Below are positions 25,574-37,582 of a stretch of 64,000 nt of DNA, in pieces. The stretch is from Lama guanicoe (taxonomy: Eukaryota). Position 1 is the stretch's first letter; the number at the start of each line of letters is the position of its first letter. The stretch spans positions 2,586,866-2,650,865 of the forward strand of contig MU053379.1 in assembly GCA_013239625.1 (NCBI GenBank), in the 5' to 3' direction. The position numbers and the translations under genes are program-made. Under the pieces are notes generated by a model that was not told where the DNA came from, did not search any database, and saw nothing but the letters and a program-made list of their open reading frames with translations.

Positions 25574-28500
25574 ATGGCAATAAACACACATCTATCATTA
25601 ATTACTGTAAAAGTTAATGGACTAAATGCTCCAAAGACATAGACTGGCAGACTGGATAATAAAGCAAGAACATTCAATATGCTGCATACAGGAGACCCAC
25701 TTTAGGGAGAAGGACACATATAGGTTGAGAGTGAAAGGATGGAAAAGTATATTCCATGCAAATGGAAAAGCAAAAAAAGCAAGTGTCACAGTACTGATTT
25801 CAGACAAAATAGACTTTAAAACAAAGGCCATAAAAAAAGATACAGAAGGACATTTTATAATGATTAAAGGAGTAATACAAGATGAGGATATTACACTTGT
25901 TAATATATATGCACCCAATATAGGAGCACCTAAGTACATAAAACAATTACTAACAGAGATAAAGGGAGAAATTGATTGGAATACAATCATTGTTGGAGAT
26001 TTTAACACCACATTAACATCAATAGACAGATCTTCCAGACAGAAAATAAATAAGGCAACAGAGAAATTAAATGGTACAATAGAAAAATTAGACTTGGTGG
26101 ATATTTTCAGAGCACTACCCCCCCCCCCAATAGGATATACATTCTTTTCAGGGGCACATGGAACATTTTCTAGGATTGATAATGTACTTGGGCACAAAAG
26201 AATCCTCAACAATTTTAAGAAGATAGAAATTATCTCAAGCATCTTTACTGACCACAATGTCATGAAACTAGAAATCAACAACAGAGAAACAAAGGAGGAA
26301 GTAAAGGAAAGCATGGAGATTAAACAATATGTTATTAAAAAAAAATGGGTCAATGATGAAATCAAAGTTGAAATTAAAAAATACCTTGAGACAAATGAAA
26401 ACACAACCACACAAAATTTATGGGACACAACAAAGGCAGTGCTAAGAGGGAAGTTTATAGCGAAACAGGCCTTCCTCAAAAAAGAAGAACAATCTCAACT
26501 AAACAAGAAGAACAAACTAAACAATCTAACCCACCAGCTAAAAGAATTAGAAAAAGAAGAGCAAAAAACTCCAAAAGGCAGCAGAAGGAAGGAAATAATA
26601 AAGATCAGGGAGGAAATAAATAAAATAAAAATTAAAAAAAAAAGGAAAAAATCAATGAAACCAAAAGCTGGTTTTTTGAAAGAGTAAATCCACAAACCTC
26701 TGGCCAAACTCACAAAGAAGAAAAAAGAGAGAGCACAAATAAGCAAAATAAGAAAGGAAAATGGAAAAATTACAACAAATAACATAGAAATAGAGACTAT
26801 CATATGAGAATATTATAAAACTATATGGAACCAAAATGGATAACCTAGAGGAGGTGGACAAATTTCTGGAAACATACAGTCCACCAAGACAATCAAGAAG
26901 AAACTGAGCACTTGAACAAACCGATCACTAGAAATGAAATTGAATTAGCAATAAAAAACCTCGCTACAAATAAAAGTCCAGGAGTGGATGGCTTCACTGG
27001 GGAATTCTACCAAACATACAAAGAAGAACTCATACCAGTCCTTCTCAAACTCTTCCAGAAGAATGAATAGGAGGGAATACTCCCAAACTCATTCTATGAA
27101 GCCACCATCACCCTGATACCAAAACCAGGCAAAGATACCACCAAAAAAGAGAATTACAGACCAATATCACTGATGAACATAGATGCAAAAATCCTCACCA
27201 AAATATTAGCAAATAGAATCCAACAGCACATAAAAAAGACTATACATCATGACCAAGTGAGGTTCATCCCAGGGACACAAGGGTGGTTCAACATACGCAA
27301 ATCAATCAGTGTAATGCACCACATCAACAAGAGAAAGGACAAAAACCACATGATCATCTCAATGGATGCAGAAAAAGCATTTGATAAAATTCAACACTCA
27401 TTTAGGATAAAAACTCTCACCAAAGTGGGTATAGAGGGAACATATCTCAACATAATAAAAGCTATATATGACAAACCTACAGCCAGCATAGTACTCAATA
27501 GTGGAAAACTCAAAAGCTTCCCACTAAAGTCTGGGACAAGACAAGGCTGCCCACTATCACCACTCCTATTCAACATAGTCTTGGAAGTCTTAGCCACAGC
27601 AATCAGGCAGGAAAGAGAAATAAAGGGGATCCAAATTGGAAAGGAAGAGGTAAAATTGTCACTGTATGTAGATGACATGATACTATATATATAAAACCCT
27701 AAAAGGTCCACATGAAAACTACTAGCACTAATTGAAGAATTCAGCAAGGTTGCAGGTCACAAGATTAACGTTCAAAAATCAGTTGCATTTCTTAACACTA
27801 ATGAATCAACGGGAAAAGAAAGTAAGGAAACAATCCCCTTTAAAATAGCACCCAAAGTTATAAAATACCTAGGAATGAATCTAACCAAGGAGGTGAAAGA
27901 TTTATACATGGAGAACTACAAAACATTGATTAAGGAAATTAAAGAAGACTTTAAAAAAATGGAAAGATATCCCATGCTCCTGGATTGGAAGAATCAATAT
28001 TGTTAAACTGGTCACACTGCCCAAGGCAATCTACAGATGTAATGCAATCCCTATCAAATTACCCAGGACATATTTCACAGAACTAGAACAAATCATAATA
28101 AAATTTATATGGAACCACAAAAGACCTAGAACTGCCAAAGAATTACTGAAGATAAAGAAAGAGGCTGGAGGAATAACTCTCCTAGACTTCAGACAATACT
28201 ACAGAGCTACAGTCATCAAGACAGCATGGTATTGGTACAAAAACAGACATATGGACCAATGGAACAAAATAGAGAGCCCAGAAATGAACCTACAAACTTT
28301 TGGTCAACTAATCTTTGACAAAGGAGGCAAGAATATACAATGGAATAAAGACAGTCTCTTCAGCAAATGGTGTTGGGAAAACTGGATGGCAGCATGTAAA
28401 TCAATGAAGCTAGAACTCTCACTTATACCATACACAAAAATAAACTCAAAATGTATCAAAGACTTAAACATAAGACAACATACAATAAACCTCCTAGAAG

Positions 28501-29226
28501 AAAATAAAGGCAAAACATTATCTGACATACATCTCAAAAATGTTTTCCTAGGGCAGTCTACCCAAGCAATAGAAATAAAAGCAAGAATAAACAAATGGAA
28601 CCTAATTAAACTTACAAGCTTCTGCATAGCAAAGGAAACCATAATTAAAACAAAACGACAACGTACGGAATGGGAGAAAATTTTTGCAAAAGATGAAATG
28701 GACAAAGGCTTGATATCCAGAATATATAAGCAGCTCATACGACTTAATAAGAAAAAAACAAACAACCCAATCCAAAAATGGGCAAAAGACCTAAACAAGC
28801 AATTCTCCAAGGAAGAAATACAAATGATCAATAGGCCCATGAAAAAATGCTCAATATCACTAATTATCAGAGAAATGCAAATCAAAACTACAACGAGGTA
28901 TCACCTCACACCAGTCAGAATGGCCACCGCTCCTGGGCATATATCGAGAAGGAACCCTACTTCAGGATGACACCTGCACCCCAATGTTCATAGCAGCACT
29001 AGTTACAATAGCCAAGACATGGAAACAGCCTAAATGTCCATCAACAGGTGACTGGATAAAGAAGAGGTGGTATATTTATACAATGGAATACTACTCAGCC
29101 ATAAAAACCGACAACATAATGCCATTTGCAGCAGCATGGATGTTCCTGGAGAATGTCATTCTGAGTGAAGTAAGCCAGAAAGAGAAAGAGAAATACTGTA
29201 TGAGATCGCTCATATGTGGCATCTAA
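25574..29226 (+). pseudogene. L1 ORF2p (APE endonuclease + reverse transcriptase), disrupted
   Basis: ATG at 25574 ([20 protein letters not shown]). Endonuclease motifs CCIQETH, NIYAPN and IIVGDFNT in 25626..26687. RT motifs [18 protein letters not shown] and YVDD in 27173..27694. C-terminal pieces at 28251..28970 and 28984..29226. Multiple frameshifts and stops. Confidence 0.95.
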
Positions 29227-30317
29227 AAAAAAAACAAAACACAAATACAAAACAGAAACAGACTCATAGACATAGAATACAAACTTGTAGTTGCAGAGGT
29301 GGGGGGTGGGAAGGGACAGACTGGGATTTCAAAATGTAGACTAGATAAACAGGATTATACTGTATAGCACAGGGAAATATATACAGGATCTTATGGTAGC
29401 TCACAGTGAAAAAAAGTGACAATATATATATGTTCATGTATAACTGAGAAATTGTGCTCGACACTGGAATCTGACACAAAATTGTAAAATGACTATAACT
29501 CAGTGAAAAAATGAAAAAAAAACTTAGGTACGGATATTCACTACAATTGAAGGCAAAGTAGGTTAGAGCATTTCACTTTACTAATAGCAGGCAGAGCGAC
29601 ACCGTCCTAGTTAGTAATAGCACCCTAATGGCTAGAGAGCAGTCGTTATATGAATGCTGCATAGCACGCAGGGCCCATTACAAAGTGCAGATGTGGAACT
29701 CCAGCCGTGATGGAGAAGTCGTCTCCCCTTCACTCCAACCCATGGCAGACAGGCACCAGCACATACTGAACACCTGGGTGCCGGGTGGGCAAGAGCTCCA
29801 CGCTGAGCTGCCAGCCGAACACACTGTGGCTCTGCCTGCCCCAGGTGCGGAGGGCCACCACCTCGCTCTGATTAGAGACTGACCTCCCCTTGGAGGACCA
29901 GGGCTCCAGTGTCCAGGACCCCAGTGTGGGCAGAGCATGGTGGCTGAGCGTGGGCCTCCCCACACTGATCCACCCCAGTTGTCACCCCTGGCAGCAGCCA
30001 CGGGGAGATGGGGAGGTGCCGGGATGGGGAACAGATCTGGGAAGACCCGTCATGAGGTGATGGTGGGAGGCGGGTACCACGTGTGAGCCGAGGCTCCAAG
30101 CCTCGGACACGCTTTGTTGTCCTACTCGACTTCCTGCAAGAACACGAAATCAAAGATAATATTATCAAGAATTTTAAGACTCATGAAGCCAGCCTGGCCT
30201 CAGTGTAATTTATTAATTTCTTAACATACTTAAAAATTTGGGGAAGAATTTAGCTTTTTGTACAAAGTAAATATGACATAAAGCACGGTGCCATTTTAAA
30301 TTAAATGAATTTTAAAA

Positions 30318-30454
30318 GTTTATTTATTTATTTATTTAGGTTGGGGAGGTAGTCCGGTTTATTTACTTATTTTTAGAGGCGGTACTGGGGATGGAACCCA
30401 GGGCCTTGTGTGTGCTAAGCTTGTGCTCCACCGCTTGAGCTCTACCCTCCCCCC
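30318..30454 (-). mobile_element. Camelid tRNA-derived SINE
   Basis: (TTTA)n tail, ggtactggggatggaacccagggcc..ctaagc..gagctctaccctcccc; TSD aaattaaatgaatttt / aaactaaatgaaattt. Confidence 0.88.
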
Positions 30455-30745
30455 AAACTAAATGAAATTTGAAGTGTCACTTCATGTTGTCTGGTTAATG
30501 GTAGCATCAGTGACTATTCTTTTTACCTTATTCTTTGTCCTCTTTTAAACATGTGTTTTCCAGATTTTCTAGAATGAAGAGTTACTGTTGTAATTAATCA
30601 AACCCCAGTGTTATATAAAATATCTTATTGGATATTATTTTATGTAAGTGTGATGTGTTACAGTTCTGTCTGCATTCTGAGCAGCGGGAGAGCACATATT
30701 TAAGTACTTTAATCTGAAAAAGAACACGTGTCTCTCATTATCCAG

Positions 30746-30872
30746 GTCCATCACTATAAGATTAGCCACTGTCTCGGATACTCCCGGGGTTGAAAAGCTT
30801 GTCAGCACCCTCATGCTGAACGAAAGCATATTGGAGGATTTGAAGCAATACAACGAGGCTCGCAGGGACCCT
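30746..30872 (+). CDS. CFAP61: CFAP61 coding exon: (K)SITIRLATVSDTPGVEKLVSTLMLNESILEDLKQYNEARRDP
   Basis: Acceptor tctctcattatccAG and donor CCT|GTAAGT. 127 nt; the first G completes AA+G = Lys from the previous exon. Translated by hand because it is absent from the ORF track. Confidence 0.93.
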
Positions 30873-31484
30873 GTAAGTACCTTCTGTGACCAGACCAGCT
30901 CCTTTTCCTTTTGCTGTGGGACCAGTATGACCACGTAGGTTCAACCCCAAAGTTTCCTCGGACCCAGTGGGAGAATTGCAGGGTGGGGAGCAGCAGAGGT
31001 GATGGAAGCAAGAAGAAAAGAACAAGGAAAGTGAGGTTTAAGGACGTAGGGCTGTGCTGCTCACACAGGGGCTGGTCACATACCCCAGGTCCTCACCACG
31101 GGGATGGAAAATTTGGACTTGATCCAGGCAAGTGTCACAAAATAAGGTAGATCCCAGTGGTTGGAACAGGCAAATCTGAGCCAAGTTAGTGAATCTGTGG
31201 GTGCCTGTGCCCAGACCACCCCAGCAGAACCCCACTTCAGCCCCTCTGGGTGGTGAGTCGGCCGACGTGCTTTTGTTGAGCTCAGTCAAGGACTGCGTTG
31301 TCTGGGGAAGATCCCGCATGACAAATGCTGGGTTCTCTCTGGTGCAGTGACTATGCTGGGCTTCCCCCATAGCAGAGGGCAAGCTAGTTGTGGTCCTTAC
31401 ATCATCACCGCCTTCTTGAGGACCATGCCAGTGGACGTCCCCAGCCATGGAACAATGCATGTAGTTATGGACATAGTTGCTTTT

Positions 31485-31830
31485 TGATACATTTTGTTTA
31501 AAATGTTTCTAATTGAAGTGTAACCAATAGAAAGTTCGATGGATTTCACAATTCGCATACACCATGTAACGAGCGCCTGTTTTGAGAAACGACTAACCCC
31601 AGCCACCTTCCCCTCCAGGTAGTCAGTTCCACCTTGACCTCTAAGGTCATAGATGCCTGTTTTTGAGCCTCATTTCTGACACCAGGCTGCTTCTGCTCAG
31701 CAGTGCTTGTGAGATTCGTCCATGTTGTGGCGTAAAGTACTTCGTTACATGAAAGCACCGCAACTTATTTCTTCCAATGCTGAGGTCGTTTGGGGGAGTT
31801 CCCAGCTACGGGCTCTTTTGAATAAACCTT
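31485..31830 (-). mobile_element. Old L1M 3' fragment
   Basis: ctaattgaagtgtaac..accatgtaac..cttctgctcagcagtgcttgtgagattcgtccatgttgtggcg. Confidence 0.6.
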
Positions 31831-32069
31831 TTAGTTAATTTGTAACTCAAATTAGAGGCAGACACCGAACACCTAAACGTGGTAAAATGTTTAATGTTTA
31901 TAAAGGTGTTGGATTACAGTAGAACTTCCCTCCAGCACGTGTTTTTGTTCGTTTGTTCATTTGTTTGCTTGGGTTTCTCTTAGTCTCTTTGTTTCTTCAT
32001 TTTTTTGTTCCTTCCCTCTTGACTTGCCGACACAGTATGATGCAGGGGCCCTGGTTCTCCAAGTGTGGT

Positions 32070-33360
32070 CTGAGGAAGCCTAGGGAGTCTCCGAGACATA
32101 TTCAGGGGTCTGTGAGATCAAAATGATCCTCATGATAGAAGTCGGAAATTATTTTCCCTTCCTGCTGAATTGATATTCCCACGGATGGTGGGAAAGTCAT
32201 GGTGGACAAAGCCCCAGGGGCCCTGGAGGGGATCGAGGCAGTGGCACCGCGGAGTTGTTTGAATTGCACGCTGAACCAGCAGGCTTGTCACAGAATAGCG
32301 TTTTTACTTGAAAGAACAGCTGGCAGACAAAATACGGTTATTCCATCTTTAGGAGTTGGCAGACATTTTCTTTAAAATGAAGGAGGTGAGGGTGTCTCTC
32401 TAAGAAACCACCTGACAGCATTGGTCCCCTATGATAAAATCTAAACATGCAAGAATAAAAGTAGAATTTTGGAAGGCCAGTACCTGCCACTGTCATTTCG
32501 TGATGAAATAGACCAACATTCGGAAAACCTGCATAAGCTCAGTGAGTGCAAGAATAAAAGTAGAATTTTGGAAGGCCAGTACCTGCCACTGTCAGCTTGT
32601 CAGCTTCCCAATACTTAAACGAATTTTTCTGATGAGACTAATGGTGATATTACCTGATGTGATGTTTTGATATTTCGTGATGAAATAGACCAACATTCGG
32701 AAAACCTGCATAAGCTCAGTGAACCTGTATTTCCCAGATAAACAGTGCATGACGTTACACGACCATGCCTAGGTAAAAGCTTCCAAGTGCACAAGACACC
32801 AGTGAATTTTATGTTTTTATTTTTTATTTTTATTAAGAAATCAATGCATTTTGATATGGTAATATGTACAAAGTTCACCAACATGGTTCCAGATTCCATG
32901 CTGAAACTAATCTGTGAAACACTGCCACTTGTTGAGATCCAGTGTTGCATCAAAGCAGAACGTCCGAAATTATCTGAAAAGATTGTTTAAACACTTCTCC
33001 CTTTTCCAACTACATATCTTTGTGAAGACAGATTTTTTTTTGTATATATTTCAACCAAAACAACATATTACAGCAGACTGAACACAGAAGCAGGTATGAG
33101 AATCCACTCTGTCTTCCATTAAGCCAGACATTAAAGAGATTTTCAGAAATATAAAGCAATGCTAAAAAAACCCTGACTTTTCTTTCTAAATATTTTTGTC
33201 AAATTAAAAATTTTGTTTTAATTGATAGTCAAAAATTAAGAAAATAATTAAAAAATTTCTCAGTTGCAATTCCTAATACGGAAAATAATGATGGACGTTA
33301 CACACAGGACAAAGCTCTTTGCAGTCCCCGGGGCGCAGGGGTCCTGAAGTCACAGCATGT
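32070..33360. mobile_element. Charlie1-like hAT DNA transposon remnant
   Basis: Terminal tggttctccaagtgtggtc..ttcaggggtctgtgagatcaaaa; internal ttttacttgaaagaacagctggcagacaaa.., cttttccaactacatatctttgtgaag..aaacaacatatt..ttaagccagacattaaagagattt. Confidence 0.8.
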
Positions 33361-33364
33361 GGTG

Positions 33365-33555
33365 CTGAAGCAGACAGATTCCCAGGCAGAGGGCTGTGGT
33401 TTGAATCAACAGATCCATCCCTTACTGGCTGGGGATCCTGGCAGGTGAGCCTGCCAAGCCTCATTTTCTGGTAAATGAAGTAGAGAGAGTGACAATACTT
33501 ATCTCACAGGGTAGCAGTGAGGGTCAGATGAGTGCAGGGAGGGTGTTCAGCCTGT
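33365..33555 (+). mobile_element. MIR SINE
   Basis: gtttgaatc..ttactggctggggatcctggcaggtg..gcctcattttctggtaaatgaag..aatacttatctcacagggt..gtgagggtcagatgag. Confidence 0.65.
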
Positions 33556-33698
33556 GACCTGGCCCAAAGGTAAGTGGCGATGGATGTTGGCTTTCCCGTT
33601 GTCCTTAAGTGATCCTGGCGGACACCCTTTACTGACGCTTCCGGAAGCAGCAACAGCGATAGTTTTAAGGGCTTTGCGATCTCCGCTTCTCTTCTCAG

Positions 33699-33776
33699 GA
33701 CGGGACGCCCCTGCAGGTGTTTGTGGCCGAAGTTGCAGAGCAAGTGGCGGGCGTCGCGGTGATCAGAGATGAAATG
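33699..33776 (+). CDS. CFAP61: CFAP61 coding exon: DGTPLQVFVAEVAEQVAGVAVIRDEM
   Basis: Acceptor ccgcttctcttctcAG and donor ATG|GTAACT. 78 nt, phase 0/0. Matches the recalled DGTxLQAFVAEVAEQIVGIAVIRNEM. Confidence 0.93.
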
Positions 33777-33929
33777 GTAACTTCTTTTCTTGAGTGTGCC
33801 TTTTCGCATCGTGAGTTACCACACGATGCCTCTTTTGAGGTTTTGTTTTTACTTATTTAATATGAACGTCTCCCTTTTCTGAAGGATACAGGTCTGTTTG
33901 CCTCCCGCTTGGCAGCCTGTCAAGTGTAG

Positions 33930-35480
33930 GGATTTTTTTTTCAGTTCAAAATGTTTAAAATACTACAAAGAGTACATGAAAACATTCACATTCTAAAAAT
34001 TCAAATAACCTTCCACCACCGGAAAAGTCCCACCTCTCTCCCCAAAGAATTACTCCTACTGATAGTTAGGTATTTATTCCTTCCAATATTCCTCCTTGCA
34101 CTTAATTACATGCATCGTCTATGTGTGCATGTGCGTGCATGTGTGTGTTCCCAAGAGGACATCCAATTTTAGTTTTTCCCAGTGCACAGCCAGTTATTCC
34201 AAAGTATTTACCGCTGAGTCGTCCCTTCTTTCCCTGCTGATTTAAAATGCTGCCTTTACATGATGAAGCTTCCTTGTGTCCGTGTCTGTTTTCCCACGAT
34301 TCTGCTCCGTGGACTTGCTTGTTGATACCTATGACGTCATCATGTGCTGTGACGTCTGGTAAGGGAGCCTTCTCTTACTTGTGTTGTTTTTCCCCTGAAT
34401 TTTTTTGGTTTCACTTGGGCATTTTCTTTTCCAGATAAACCTTGTCATACTTACTACAAACTTCGAGCCTGCGTAGATTTGGTAGCACAGTTCAGGCAGA
34501 ACTGAAGATTATAATATTGAAACTTCCCTTCTAGGAACGTGGCTTGTGGAAGATATCCTTTATCAGGTTAAGGAGGTTCTCTCCCATTTCTGGTTTACCA
34601 AAAGGCTTTATTATGAGTGAGTGTTGAATTTTAGTAAATGTGCTTCAGGCTTATGAGATGTTCACGTGGCTTTATTTCTTTAATGTAGTCAAACTAGCCT
34701 CGCTCTTCAATTGATTTCTCTTTTGACTCAATGTATCTAAGGAATTCTTAGAGGGCAGAGGTGGGTGGGGCCTCTGGGTCCACACACATATAAGATTTCA
34801 TTTGTCCTCACTCCTGGATACTCATTCAGCTGTGACTGGAACTCCTCAGCAAATCATTTGTCATCAGAATGTTGATGTTTTTATCTCATTGCCTCCTAGT
34901 ATCCAATGTCACAGATGAATGTAAGTAAATGTATGTTTGTTTGGTTCCTCTCTTGAGAATTAATTTTTTTCTTTTTATTTCCAAAATTCTTATGAAGGAC
35001 CTTATGCCTCTGCTGAGCTTGAGAACATCTTTCTTCCGTGATTTCATTTTCTCTGTTCTCTTCTTAAGTGCCTTTCAGATGGAACTGATCCTTCACTGTC
35101 TCTTATCTTTCATCTCCTACTTTTTAATCTCTTGTCCTGCTTACTCTTCATTCCAGCAGATTTCCTTGACTTTGCCCTCCAGATCCCTAGTGCAGCGTTC
35201 GGCCACATCCGCTCTGTGACCCAGGCCTCCCGTTGGAATTTTGATGTCAGGGTCCGTGTATTTAATTCCAGGTCCCCTCCTTGCTTTCTTATTGTTCCTT
35301 TCGTGTAGCAGCTTGCTCCTTATGTTTCATGCAGGATCCTTTTTGGTATCTCTGAGGACACTGAGTAGAGGTTTTAAAAAATTCTCCTCTGTTTGCTGGA
35401 TGACCTCTGCTTCCTCTGGAGTAAGTCGTATGTCTCTCTATTCTGGCCTTTTGCATTTGCCAGTTTTCCTCAAAAGCCTG
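33930..35480 (-). mobile_element. Very old L1M fragments
   Basis: T-rich degenerate antisense L1 text (cagccagttattcc.., cctttatcaggttaaggaggttctctcccatttctggttt..tgttgaattt). Confidence 0.55.
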
Positions 35481-36739
35481 TCAGTGTCAAGAATGAGGGA
35501 CTAAGTTATTGGCGTGGCTGGCTGGCTGGCTGGGGCCTTGACGTGTGTGGGTCTGCCCCTCCCCTCTGTCTGATGGGGAGGGAGCGTCCGTTTCTGGCTT
35601 CTGCTCATGGTGCTTGGATGGAGGACTGGCCAGCAGTGGGCAGGGACCTGGAGTGGCCCAAGGTAGGGAGGTTTAACCTAGTGGCAGAAGACGTTGATGT
35701 TCCCTTCACAGGGTAAAGTCGTCTTACCCTTTTGTCCCCATATCTCCCCCACAGTATTTTTAAAATAACTTTTCTTGTTATTTTCAGGGGCGCGGGACTG
35801 GGGGAAGGTTGAGGCACATGGCCTGTCACTCTTTTTGTCCAGTGGCCTTTGTGGCTGGATCTTTGCTTTTGTCTTTCAGTGATTTCTCAGCCCTACACTT
35901 ACTGCTAGTTCTGTGTTATAATGGGGGTGCCGCCTTGGTAGGTACAGAAAACTCTTGGGGTTTAGAGGTAGTACAGGGCCAGTGCAGGTGGAGGGTCAGA
36001 CGGTGCCAGAATTGCCCTGAGTCACGGCCGTCAGCGTGGTTACCCTGAGCCCCTGTCCCCTGGGCTTTGTGGCAGAAGCTGGAAAGACTAGGGGCCTTGA
36101 ACAACCCGTTTTTCCCGCCCTTTCTAGCGCCAGTCTTGTCAGTCACCGCGTAAATCAAATTCCTTGCATCCTCAAGTCCTCTTCTTGAAGGTGTGCACTG
36201 AGGGCACTTTTACTGTGGAAAGCCAGGGGAAATACGAGCAGGTGCTCTCCAACCTGCGTGTGGTTTGAGCTTCCCTGCGTGATCAGGTGTGCTTACTGCC
36301 TCCGTCATGGGAGAGAGTCGCACTCCCTCTGGATCCGTCCCTGCGCCATCACGGCGTGCACGGCCAGGAGGCGGGCAGGGTGGGCTGGAGCAGCGCACGG
36401 TGCAGTGACGGAGCCCTGCTTCCCTCCCCCGGGCTGGGCGACGAGAGATGCTGATCAGAATCAGCCCGCAGAAGCGGGGGCGGCAGACCTGATCTTTCCT
36501 TTCACAAGTCTGCTCACGGGTCCTTTGAATGACCTCCCCCCATGTGAAATTGTAATACGTCATTATTTTCTTGTTAGGGACTTCGTATTGAAGTTGTATA
36601 TTTAAATTCATCTCTGTCAAACGCTCTAGAATAAAATTATTCATAACTTTAAAAAAATGAAATACCTCGGAGGCATAAAAATGCTTAAAGGATGCTTATG
36701 GGCGCAGGTTTATTGTAGGCCTGCCAGCCGCACGTGCCA

Positions 36740-37200
36740 CGGTGTGTGCCTGTGGAACGGCACGTTTCCACGTTGGCCCGAGAACAGAGGGCAGGAATGA
36801 GCCCAGAGACGGGGCGGGGGGGCGGCTGTCTGCCCGGTGCCGGCCGGCTGGCGCCCCTGCCCGGCCCGCGGCGGTGAGGCCCGCGGTCCGGCCGCCGGCC
36901 CCGCGCGGGCGGAGACTCGGCCCTCGGGGTTTGCGGCGCAGCTGTGAGCAGCCCGGGCCGAAGCGCCGAGCCGCCTCCCAGAAGCAGAGCCACCCAGACG
37001 AGCGGCCTTCGAGAAACACAGTCTTTCTAACTCACAAAACATTCACAATGAAGACGAGGTAGGAAATAACAACCCGGCCCCCGGCCCCGCGCGGGCGGAG
37101 ACTCAGCCCTCGGGGTTTGCGGCGCAGCTGTGAGCAGCCCGGGCCGAAGCGCCGAGCCGCCTCCCAGAAGCAGAGCCACCCAGACGAGCGGCCTTCGAGA
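36740..37200. promoter_or_regulatory. Intragenic CpG-island-like segment
   Basis: Very high GC and CpG density (ggggcggggggcggc.., cggcccgcggcgg) just upstream of exon 37376. Function not determinable from sequence. Confidence 0.5.
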
Positions 37201-37257
37201 AACACAGTCTTTCTAACTCACAAAACATTCACAATGAAGACGAGGTAGGAAATAACA
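36895..37257 (+). repeat. 177-bp near-perfect direct duplication (36895-37071 and 37081-37257)
   Basis: Directly visible; one substitution (actcGgccct / actcAgccct) and a 9-bp spacer acccggccc. Confidence 0.95.
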
Positions 37258-37375
37258 GGAGGGAAAAACGCGTTTCTTACTGTGGTGTCTACAGCGATTT
37301 TGCAAGGCTGTTTCTCAGAAAATGCACGCCAGGTGTTTGCAACGTTCTTAGATGCCCTTCTCGCCTCCTGTGCAG

Positions 37376-37582
37376 GACATCGAGTACATACGATCCCATT
37401 ACAACATTGAAGATTTCATCTACTTCAGCCACCACCAGCGCGAGGAGCACGGGCGCCTGTACCACTTTGCCCTGAACCCCGTCTTTCGGCACTACACCAA
37501 GTTTTTTCTGAAGGAGATCCTCCGCTTAGGGTACAAGTCCTGCCTCTACTACGCTGTGTACCCGCAGGCCAAGGAAGGCAAG
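37376..37582 (+). CDS. CFAP61: CFAP61 coding exon: DIEYIRSHYNIEDFIYFSHHQREEHGRLYHFALNPVFRHYTKFFLKEILRLGYKSCLYYAVYPQAKEGK
   Basis: Acceptor ttctcgcctcctgtgcAG and donor AAG|GTAGGA. 207 nt, phase 0/0. Highly recognisable CFAP61 peptide within ORF 37352..37681. Confidence 0.96.

Larger units (their letters stand above)
20146..29518 (+). mobile_element. Full-length LINE-1, inactivated, with duplicated 5' end; sense to CFAP61
   Basis: GC-rich 5'UTR starting GAGAGGCCAAGGTGGCGGAGTAG, followed by ORF1, a long inter-ORF spacer, ORF2 (endonuclease and RT), 3'UTR and an A-rich tail. TSD AAAACTTAGGCATGG (20131-20145) / AAAACTTAGGTACGG (29519-29533) at a canonical TT|AAAA endonuclease site. Confidence 0.96.

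Noticed and set aside
25622..28885. Long minus-strand hydrophobic ORFs (285 aa, 193 aa, etc.)
   Set aside because: Antisense shadows of the A-rich L1 ORF2.
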